From a bacterium (GTDB taxonomy: Bacteria; Patescibacteriota; Dojkabacteria; B142; OLB20): a stretch of 64,000 nucleotides of DNA. Shown in pieces: positions 19,501 through 27,330 of this stretch. How positions within the stretch are numbered: position 1 is the stretch's first letter; each line of letters starts with the position of its first letter. The stretch lies in the NCBI GenBank assembly GCA_021463645.1, contig JAJTYI010000006.1, positions 117,692 through 181,691 of the forward strand, written 5' to 3'. A program made the translations under genes and the position numbers. Under the pieces are notes generated by a model, which did not search any database, had not been told where the DNA came from, and worked only from the letters and a program-made list of their open reading frames with translations.

Positions 19501-20410
19501 CTCTCAACCTCTGAATTATTTTCCTCTTTTTTAATGCTGATTTTGTAGTTTCTTTTTCTTCTTCAAGCTTTTTAAGCTCGTCTTCAAGATTGATTTTCTC
19601 TAATACTTTCTTTACAGCCTCTGCACCCATTTCTACGGTCATAAAGCTTGTATCAAAGCCATACAATTTAGCTAAATCGTCTTCTGAAAGGGTTGATTTC
19701 TCTTCAAGATCTTTGATTAGGCTAGTTATTTCACTATATTTATTTTTTGTAGACTCCTCTTTCTGAGAAAAAATAGACTTCATCTTTGCTTTTTCTTTTT
19801 TGAAGTCGTTATTAATTTTCTCTAATTTGAACTCTACTTTAGATTTGTCTTTAGCTTCATCCTTTACTTCTTTTACTTTTGTATCATAATCTTTCTGCAA
19901 TTCATCAAGTTTGTCTTCTAATTCTTTCTTTATGCTTAATGTTTCTTCCTCTTTTGCTTTCTTAATCTCTTCTAGAACAGCTTTCTTAGCTTCGTGGTCA
20001 ATTTCAGTAACCAAATATCTAGCAAAGTAGATAACTGTTTCTAATTTCTTCTGAGGAATACCCAATAAAAGAGACATTTTATTTGGAACTCCGTGTGAAT
20101 ACCAAACGTGAGTTACAGGTGAAGCAAGTTTAATATGGCCCATTCTCTCTCTTCGAACTCTCTTGTGTGTGACTTCTACTCCGCATTTGTCGCAAATAAT
20201 GCCCTTGTATCGAATTTTCTTGTACTTTCCGCAATAACATTCAAAGTTTTTGGTTGGACCAAATATTTTCTCGTCCATCAAGCCATCAACTTCAGCCCTG
20301 TGTGTTCTGTAGTTAATTGTTTCGGCTTTTCGTACTTCTCCGTGAGACCAACTCATTATCTGCTGCGGTGAAGCTACTGTTATTTTGAGTGCTTTAAAAT
20401 CTTTGATCAT
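16559..20410 (-). CDS. rpoC: DNA-directed RNA polymerase subunit beta'
   Basis: N-terminal Zn motif CYCGKY...CDKCGVEV, catalytic [12 protein letters not shown], and [33 protein letters not shown]. Confidence 0.98.
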   Translation of the reverse strand: [1283 protein letters not shown]

Positions 20411-20444
20411 TTTTCTAATTAAGATAACTAATTAAAATATTTAA

Positions 20445-23400
20445 TTACTCCTGCATAAGCTCTTCGGCTTCTTCATCAATCACCCCAGCAGCAACTGCTG
20501 AGTCGTCTACGTAGTCTTCTTTCAATTCTAATAACTCAGGATTTAATCCCAATGCTCGAAGTTCGTTTATGAATACCTTGAATGATTCAGGAATATTTGG
20601 TGCTTCAATTTCAGTACCTTGAATGATTGATTTGTATGCAGATGCTCTTCCAACAACATCGTCAGATTTGATAGTAAGCAACTCTTGTAAGTTGTGTACA
20701 GCTGCATGTGCTTCTAGTGCCCACACTTCCATCTCTCCAAATCTCTGACCTCCAAACTGTGCTTTTCCACCAAGTGGCTGCTGTGTAACTAATGTATACG
20801 ATCCTGTAGATCTGGCATGAATCTTATCAGATGAAAGATGGTTCAATTTCACAACATATCTAGAACCAATTAAAACTTTCTTATCAAATGGTTCTCCAGT
20901 CCTTCCATCGTAAAGTGTTCTTTTTACATCAACGCTATCTTTTGGCATTAATTTCTCAAGAATATCCATGTCCAGCTGTGCGAATGGAGGAACTTCGACT
21001 TTTACTCCAGCTTGTTTTGCTTTTTGTGCAACTTCAAGCTCTTTCAATTGACCGATGTTCATTCTTTTTACAAACATAGGGGAAAGAACGATGTCTATTT
21101 TTGTTCCGTCCTTCAAGAATGGCATATCTTCGTCAGGCAAGATTCTGGATACAACACCTTTGTCTCCGTGTAACCCTGTAAGTTTGTCTCCAACAGAAAT
21201 CTTTGAGGTTCTAGCAACCCAAACCTTTACTTGTTTAATAACTCCTGGGTTTAATTTATCACCTTTTATTTTGTCTAATAATTGCACACCGATAACAATA
21301 CCTTCGTCTCCATGAGGAAGTCGAAGTGAGTTATCTCTAACATCACGTGCATACTCTCCGAAAATTGCTCTAAGCAATTTCTCTTCTGCTGTTAATTCTG
21401 TTTCTCCTTTTGGTGCAATAATACCCACCAAAATGTCCTGAGAACTGACAGATGCTCCAATTCGAACAATACCCTCATCATTAAGATTTCTAAGTGCGTG
21501 TTCGCCAACGTTAGGAATGTCTCTAGTTATTTGTTCGTCTCCAAGTTTTGTTTCTCTAATATCTTGAACGTATTCTTTGATGTGAATTGAGGTTAAAATA
21601 TCTTCTCTTACCAATCTCTCTGAAATTACAATTCCGTCCTCGTAGTTATATCCATCAAAAACCATTACAGCGGCTGTTAAATTTCTTCCAAGTGCTAATT
21701 CACCGTCTGCCATTGAAGGTCCGTCTACGAGAACATCACCCTTTGAAATTTTTTGGCCTTTTACAACTCTAACTTGTTGAGAGAAACATGTATTTTGGTT
21801 CGTTTTTATGAATTTGTCTATTAAATGTACTACTGGTTTTTTGTCACCATCATATTTAATTGTCAATTTACCAGCTTCGCTAGCAACTACAACTCCTGCT
21901 TTCTCTGCTTTTATCAACCTGCCTGATGATTCTGCAACTACTTTCTCATAACCAGTTCCGACAATAGGAGTTTCTGGCTCTAGCAGAGGAACAGCTTGTC
22001 GTTGCATGTTTGATGCCATAAGGGACCTTGTAGGGTCATCGTTCTGAGCAAAAGGCACCAAAGAGAAACCTAATCCAGCAATTTGTCCTGGATTAATATC
22101 TACAAAATCAAGTTGTTCTGTAGGAATATTTACATAAGAACCATCATATCTAGCATACGTATTACCTGATCGAAGTCTTCCTTTCTCATCTTTTTCCAAG
22201 TCAGCTCGACCAATACGATATTCTTTTTCACCATCTGCATCAAGATAAACTACTTCATTTGTGACTATTGGCTCAACCTTTAAATTATCAATTTGAAGGT
22301 CTTTTAATTTAGAAATGTCTTCTTTTGTTAGTGTTTTGCCTTTTTTAAGGACTACTTTATCTTTAGAATCTTTTACATCCTCTCTTACTACGTGGCCTAT
22401 CAAGGTTTTCGAATCAATCCTTGAAGGGGATACATTGCTTAATACTCTGAAATAAGGTGCTTCAAGAAAGCCAAATTCGTTCACTCTGGCATATTTTGCC
22501 ATATGTGAAACGATACCGATGGAAGGACCTTCTGGAGTCGTCACTGGACATAGTTTTGAGTAATGTGAGCTATGTACGTCACGAACAGAGAAAGATGCTC
22601 TTTCTTTTGTTAATCCTCTAGGACCTCCGGCTGTAATTCTTCTCTTTGTTTCTAGCTCTGATAGGATGTTCTCCTGATCCATGTATCTAGAAACCGCACT
22701 ACTTCCGAAAAATTCGTTCAATGATGATGAAATTGGTTTAGTGTTTACCAACAACGAAGGAGTTACTAGGTCCTCTGCTCCATAAGTACTCATACGATCT
22801 CGTGTGTTTTTCTCAACTCGTAATACTCCGATTCTCAATCGGTCTCCAATCAACTCTCCCACACCTCTAATTCTTCTATTCGCTAGTGAGTCAATATCGT
22901 CGATTTGTCTCTCTCCATTATTAAGTTGAATTAAAGATCTAACAACATGAACTAGGTCTTCTTTATTTAAAAGATAATCCTCTTCGTTAATAATCGAAGA
23001 GTTAACTCCTAGTTTCTTGTTTAATTGGTATCTACCTGTTTTCCCAAGATAAAATCTCCTTTTGTTAAAGAAAATGTTATCAAGGAATACTTTTGCATTA
23101 TCGATGTTTAAGGAATCTTCAGGTCTTAGTTTTCTATAAATCTCTAGCAAGGCTTCCTCAGTATTTGTTGTAGTATCTCTCCTCAATGTATTTTCTAGCA
23201 ATCTCAAATCTCCAATACCAGACATAGCATTTTTTAAATCTCTGTCGGTTGAGTAACCAAGTGCACGAAGCAATGTTGTAAGCAACACTCTTGGTCTTTT
23301 ATCTAATAGTTTGATGGACATAACTCCATATTTGTTTACTTCAAAATCAAACCATCTTCCCCTTAGTGGCATAAGCTTTACAGCAAATAGTGGTGATTTA

Positions 23401-23843
23401 GATGTTGAAGTTTTTTGTTCAAAAAAGAGAACCCCTTCGGCTCTCATTATTTGCATTACAACGACTCTCTCATTTCCTTTTACTACAAATGTTCCTCTTT
23501 CGCTCATTACTGGAATATCGGAAACGAATAGTTTTTGTTTTTTAATTTCTCCTGTTTTTTTGTTTATTAACTTAACGAAAACATACAAAGGCATTTGATA
23601 AGAAAGTCCCAACCTTTGTGCCTCTTGCATTCCCATATTCACCTCTCCCCATTCTAATTCCTCAAAATACAATTCCCAAGTTTCTCCTGTATAATCCAAA
23701 ATTGGATTTACTTCGTGAAAAATTTCTTTAATTCCTGTTTTTATGAAGTCTTGAAAGGATTCGAGTTGAGCTTGTATTAAATTTGGCTCGATTCTTTCTA
23801 ATTTATGTATTGCGAGATTAATTCTTTCGTTTGTATTTTTCAT
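20445..23843 (-). CDS. rpoB: DNA-directed RNA polymerase subunit beta
   Basis: 1132 aa. Contains GGQRFGEMEVWALEAHAAVHNLQELLTIKSDD and other conserved beta-subunit blocks. Confidence 0.98.
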   Translation of the reverse strand: MKNTNERINLAIHKLERIEPNLIQAQLESFQDFIKTGIKEIFHEVNPILDYTGETWELYFEELEWGEVNMGMQEAQRLGLSYQMPLYVFVKLINKKTGEIKKQKLFVSDIPVMSERGTFVVKGNERVVVMQIMRAEGVLFFEQKTSTSKSPLFAVKLMPLRGRWFDFEVNKYGVMSIKLLDKRPRVLLTTLLRALGYSTDRDLKNAMSGIGDLRLLENTLRRDTTTNTEEALLEIYRKLRPEDSLNIDNAKVFLDNIFFNKRRFYLGKTGRYQLNKKLGVNSSIINEEDYLLNKEDLVHVVRSLIQLNNGERQIDDIDSLANRRIRGVGELIGDRLRIGVLRVEKNTRDRMSTYGAEDLVTPSLLVNTKPISSSLNEFFGSSAVSRYMDQENILSELETKRRITAGGPRGLTKERASFSVRDVHSSHYSKLCPVTTPEGPSIGIVSHMAKYARVNEFGFLEAPYFRVLSNVSPSRIDSKTLIGHVVREDVKDSKDKVVLKKGKTLTKEDISKLKDLQIDNLKVEPIVTNEVVYLDADGEKEYRIGRADLEKDEKGRLRSGNTYARYDGSYVNIPTEQLDFVDINPGQIAGLGFSLVPFAQNDDPTRSLMASNMQRQAVPLLEPETPIVGTGYEKVVAESSGRLIKAEKAGVVVASEAGKLTIKYDGDKKPVVHLIDKFIKTNQNTCFSQQVRVVKGQKISKGDVLVDGPSMADGELALGRNLTAAVMVFDGYNYEDGIVISERLVREDILTSIHIKEYVQDIRETKLGDEQITRDIPNVGEHALRNLNDEGIVRIGASVSSQDILVGIIAPKGETELTAEEKLLRAIFGEYARDVRDNSLRLPHGDEGIVIGVQLLDKIKGDKLNPGVIKQVKVWVARTSKISVGDKLTGLHGDKGVVSRILPDEDMPFLKDGTKIDIVLSPMFVKRMNIGQLKELEVAQKAKQAGVKVEVPPFAQLDMDILEKLMPKDSVDVKRTLYDGRTGEPFDKKVLIGSRYVVKLNHLSSDKIHARSTGSYTLVTQQPLGGKAQFGGQRFGEMEVWALEAHAAVHNLQELLTIKSDDVVGRASAYKSIIQGTEIEAPNIPESFKVFINELRALGLNPELLELKEDYVDDSAVAAGVIDEEAEELMQE

Positions 23844-23965
23844 AGTTGTTGTGAAAGTAATACACTAAAAATAAAAATCTTTGAGATTTCAAAGTTTTTT
23901 GTTATGCTAAAAATTCTACAAGTTTTTAGGCAAAATTTCGTACTAGCTACGAAAACATTTGACTA

Positions 23966-23995
23966 AATAAAAAACACGCACTATGAAACGTGCGT
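23966..23995 (-). terminator. terminator-like hairpin in the rpoB upstream region
   Basis: On the minus strand, ACGCAC-(8-nt loop)-GTGCGT is followed by a TTTTTTATT run. Confidence 0.4.
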
Positions 23996-24076
23996 CTATG
24001 TATATGTATGTTATTTAGTTAAATAAGCCAGAAAATTTAATAATCTTCAAGAGAATTTTTTGCTTAAGCAGCTTCC

Positions 24077-24106
24077 CTTATAACATAGAATTCGAACAGA
24101 AGTCAA
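24077..24106 (-). promoter_or_regulatory. sigma-70-type promoter facing rpoB
   Basis: On the minus strand, TTGACT (24106-24101), an 18-nt spacer, then TG-T-TATAAG (extended -10, ending at 24077). Confidence 0.45.
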
Positions 24107-24207
24107 TACTTTTGGGACTTTTTAGGGCTATTTTTTTATTAGATTATTACTCTTTACATATGATTAAATTTTACCTATGCTATTGGTATTAATTGAGAAT
24201 TTTTAAT

Positions 24208-24831
24208 ATGAAAAAGTTATTATCTATATTTTCGTTGGCTGTACTTTCTTTACTAGTCTTACCAACTTCTGTTTATGCCTACACCGTTTCGCCTGATTCT
24301 GGGTCTTATGCCCCTGGTGACGAACAAACAATTGCTATACTTGCTTCCCCTCCAGGAGAAACGTCCACATTACAACTTAGACTTTCGGTTGTAAACGCTA
24401 CAATTGTTCCAGGTTCGATAAATACTTCAGCTGCAGAAGAAAACGGATATCTATTCATTGGTGTCTGTCCAGATAATACTAAATATACTACAACAACACT
24501 CTGTATAGATATTGCCAAAACAACAGGAATGATTGCAAATGGAGATTTGTTAGGTCAGTTTAAGATTAAATTCAACTCAGGAGTTTCTTCAGCAACCCTA
24601 GTTACAAATACCGAAAACGGTTACTTGATTGGCAGTAGTGTACAACCCGATGAAGGTAGAGGTCTTGGATCCTACCTTGTTAGCGTAATAAATACACCTA
24701 CCCCAACACCACTTCCTGTCACTGGAATTGAAGATTATCCTGGATTAGTAATCGTCGGAGGTGTCTTCCTAGTATTCGTTGGAATGGGCTTCTTTATCAT
24801 TAGATCAAGATCACAGAGTTTACAATCATAA
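24208..24831 (+). CDS. LPXTG-anchored surface protein (sortase substrate)
   Basis: Signal peptide MKKLLSIFSLAVLSLLVLPTSVYA. C-terminal sorting signal LPVTG, a hydrophobic stretch (GLVIVGGVFLVFVGMGFFII), and a basic tail RSRSQ. Confidence 0.75.
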   Translation: MKKLLSIFSLAVLSLLVLPTSVYAYTVSPDSGSYAPGDEQTIAILASPPGETSTLQLRLSVVNATIVPGSINTSAAEENGYLFIGVCPDNTKYTTTTLCIDIAKTTGMIANGDLLGQFKIKFNSGVSSATLVTNTENGYLIGSSVQPDEGRGLGSYLVSVINTPTPTPLPVTGIEDYPGLVIVGGVFLVFVGMGFFIIRSRSQSLQS

Positions 24832-24840
24832 TTAAATAAA

Positions 24841-25452
24841 ATGTCAGAAGAAAAAGACAGAAGTATTAAATCTGCAAGAGAGGAGTTAGATGCTCTTGAT
24901 ACTCAAATATTAAAAGCAAAGGCGCTAAGAGAAGCCTTAGAAGAAGAGCGGAAACCAATTTTTAGTGTATATAAGTGGGTTTCTCCAGAAAGAGTATTTG
25001 AACCAAAGGACAAAAAATGGTATCTGATTGTCAGTAGTATTTCGATGTTTATCATTGTTTTGTCGCTTCTCACAGAAAATTACGGCCTTGTCGTGGCAAT
25101 CGTAGCTTTGATCGTTCTTTTATATGCACTAAATAGTGTCCCAGCTCAGAATGTAAACCACGAGATTACAAACAAAGGAATATCTTTAAACTCTGTCTTG
25201 TATACGTGGAAAAAAATCTCAAAGTTTTGGATTTCTACTCGTGGAGAACATACATATCTGAACACTATTATAGAAGAGAAAGAAAACCAAGAAGAACAAC
25301 TCATAACTTATCTAGGAAATGCAGATGTAAAGAAGATAGTGTCTTATCTCTCCCAATATGTCGACTATATTACCGAAACTGAAACCAATAATAATTTTAT
25401 AAATAGCCGCTTATTTGGGAACATCGAACCACTAAGCAAATTCATAGACTAG
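24841..25452 (+). CDS. hypothetical membrane protein (N-terminal coiled coil, two TM helices)
   Basis: 203 aa. TM pair WYLIVSSISMFIIVLSLL and GLVVAIVALIVLLYAL. No family recognised. Confidence 0.45.
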   Translation: MSEEKDRSIKSAREELDALDTQILKAKALREALEEERKPIFSVYKWVSPERVFEPKDKKWYLIVSSISMFIIVLSLLTENYGLVVAIVALIVLLYALNSVPAQNVNHEITNKGISLNSVLYTWKKISKFWISTRGEHTYLNTIIEEKENQEEQLITYLGNADVKKIVSYLSQYVDYITETETNNNFINSRLFGNIEPLSKFID

Positions 25453-25522
25453 ATATTCTCTTTCCTCTAATATTTTCTCCTATAATTCATTCTAGAGTAT
25501 AATACTGTTGCAAATTATTCTC

Positions 25523-25596
25523 GCACCAATAGCTCAGATGGATAGAGCGCCACTTTGCGGAAGTGGAGGTCGCAGGTTCGAATCCTGCTTGGTGCA
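25523..25596 (+). tRNA. tRNA-Arg (anticodon GCG)
   Basis: Hand-folded. Acceptor GCACCAA/TTGGTGC; D arm GCTC-AGATGGATA-GAGC; anticodon stem CCACT/AGTGG with loop TTGCGGA; T arm GCAGG-TTCGAAT-CCTGC; discriminator A. CCA not encoded. Confidence 0.9.
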
Positions 25597-25846
25597 ATTA
25601 ATTGAATACGCTGTTTTCACCACACAAGCATTATCTTCAGGTTAGACCCTTGCTTTCGCAAGGGTAACTCATCCCTACACCTCATGCTTCAGTAAGGGCT
25701 GAGTTAATCCTGCTTGGTGCAATTATTGGAATACGTTTTCACCACACAGCCATAATCTAAAGGTTAGACCCTTGCTTTCGCAAGGGTAACTCATCTCTAT
25801 ACCTCATGCTTCGGTAAGGGCTGAGTTAATCCTGCTTGGTGCAATT
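25597..25846 (+). repeat. two tandem tRNA-Arg-linked structured units (125- and 122-nt period), each ending in a copy of the tRNA 3' end
   Basis: AATCCTGCTTGGTGCAATTA occurs at 25581-25600 (tRNA 3' end plus trailer), at 25706-25725, and as a 19/20 match at 25828-25846. The invariant hairpin ACCCTTGC-TTTC-GCAAGGGT occurs at 25646-25665 and 25768-25787. No ORF. Confidence 0.8.
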
Positions 25847-25914
25847 TCTATATAACTCAAATCCTTAACTCATGTCATTTAACCCCTCAGCAATTCTAAT
25901 GCTATAATCAATTT

Positions 25915-26910
25915 ATGATTAAAACAGCTTTCGAATTAAAAACTGTAAGTAAACTACTCGCTGAGAAAAGGATTGCTAAAAAGCTAACCTATGACGAGAT
26001 CTCGGAAATTGTTAAGATTAATCCAGAATATCTTGAAGCACTCGAAAATGCGGACTACTCAAAATTTCCTTCTGAAGTCTACGTGAAAGGTTTTCTCAAG
26101 AATTATTCCAAGTTCCTAGGTATTGATCCAGAGCACGCACTCGCTCTTTACAGAAGAGAGAGAGAAAAAGCCATGACAAAACCGAAACTCGGAGTAAGTG
26201 AGAAAATAAAAAGCAGTAAGTTCAATTTTTCACTATCTTCAGGAAAAGTTATTGCCTTGTTTGCCCTATTGATATCATTAATTACGGTACTTTATATCGG
26301 AAATTATGTATTTGATATTTTTCAGAACCCAACACTAGAACTCCGGAAACCTGTTGAAATAATGGCTAATGAAAGCGGAAACTTTGTCACCGAAGAGGAC
26401 TCTGTACAACTCGAAGGTATTTCGGAAATTGGTAACAAACTTTCAATTAACGGACAAGAATACCGAGTGAATAGCTTTGAACAATTTATTGTAGACCTGA
26501 GACTTGAAGAAGGTTTGAACGAAATCAGAATTTCTTCACAGAACCAGATTAACAGATCAAGCGAGATAGTATTAAACGTTTTGTACAACAAAAAAGAGCC
26601 TGAAGTTGTATCAGTGAATCCAGAAGTAACGGAGGAAGGACAAGTAAATATTAATTCCCCAATTATTGCGAAGATTGAAGTAACAGGAGAAGGCGCATAT
26701 CTCGAAGCCAAGGTCGATGGAGAATTACAGGCATCGAAGGCCTATCCGGTAAATGAAGTTGTACTATTTAATGCACAAGAATCCTTTGAACTCTACATCC
26801 CCCGATTTGAATCTATCAATTTATTCATTAACGAAGAATTGCAAACATTGACAAATCCTCGTGTTAAATTTGCTTTGGTAGATGGTCAGGTTTCTAAGAT
26901 TAATCCTTAA
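25915..26910 (+). CDS. rodZ: RodZ-like cytoskeleton protein (HTH, TM, DUF4115-like C-terminus)
   Basis: N-terminal XRE-type HTH with LTYDEISEIVKINPEYLEALENADYSKFPSEVYVKGFLKNYSKFLGIDPE. Central TM (VIALFALLISLITVLYIG). Confidence 0.6.
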   Translation: MIKTAFELKTVSKLLAEKRIAKKLTYDEISEIVKINPEYLEALENADYSKFPSEVYVKGFLKNYSKFLGIDPEHALALYRREREKAMTKPKLGVSEKIKSSKFNFSLSSGKVIALFALLISLITVLYIGNYVFDIFQNPTLELRKPVEIMANESGNFVTEEDSVQLEGISEIGNKLSINGQEYRVNSFEQFIVDLRLEEGLNEIRISSQNQINRSSEIVLNVLYNKKEPEVVSVNPEVTEEGQVNINSPIIAKIEVTGEGAYLEAKVDGELQASKAYPVNEVVLFNAQESFELYIPRFESINLFINEELQTLTNPRVKFALVDGQVSKINP

Positions 26911-26911
26911 T

Positions 26912-27160
26912 CTATTTTTTGGGGACTTCGTCTACTCCACCTTTGAAGAAAATATTACACCTCAATAATCGAAACAATCCCAATCGCAAACCCTTAAATA
27001 GTCCAAATCTTTCAACTGCTTGGTAAGTATATTCGGAGCAACTTGGATAGTGAATGCATACTCTGAATTTGTGTGGCTGAGCCCAAAAAGCATGGTCAAA
27101 GGAAAAAAGCTTCTGATAGATTCTAATACTTTTCAAAATAAATTGTTTCATTCTGTTCAT
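26912..27160 (-). CDS. yidD: membrane protein insertion efficiency factor YidD
   Basis: The CIHYPSCSEYTYQAVERFG...LRLGLFRLLRCN...GGVDEVP pattern matches YidD. Confidence 0.85.
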   Translation of the reverse strand: MNRMKQFILKSIRIYQKLFSFDHAFWAQPHKFRVCIHYPSCSEYTYQAVERFGLFKGLRLGLFRLLRCNIFFKGGVDEVPKK

Positions 27161-27204
27161 TAACTAAGGAATTTTAACATAATTTGGATTTTTCCCTTGT
27201 CAAG

Positions 27205-27239
27205 TTATCCACAAATAAGCTATTCTATTTTTATCCACA
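27205..27239 (+). promoter_or_regulatory. two perfect DnaA boxes upstream of dnaA
   Basis: TTATCCACA at 27205-27213 and 27231-27239, in the same orientation, within the yidD-dnaA intergenic region. Confidence 0.75.
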
Positions 27240-27330
27240 TTTTCTTCGAGTGCGTGGTCTCTCAGAAAGCCCGACGGATGGCGCATATGTTTATACTGCC
27301 TGTTATTATTATTTATATTTTCAATTTCTA

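Noticed and set aside
25523-25850. Could the repeats after tRNA-Arg be a small CRISPR array?
   Set aside because: The sequences between the 20-nt repeats are themselves about 88% identical to each other, so the whole 122-125-nt unit is repeated and there are no unique spacers. The repeat is the tRNA 3' end, and no cas genes are present in the window.
27184-27330. The 49-codon N-terminal extension of dnaA in the ORF track (TTG start at 27184)
   Set aside because: The extension covers the two DnaA boxes, and its translation (…YYYLYFQFL) looks non-protein-like. The conserved DnaA N-terminus begins at the ATG at 27331. Analogous extensions were trimmed for ftsZ (9700), ftsK (45185), comM (51115), ORF 48448, ORF 24193, ORF 13631 and ORF 30043.
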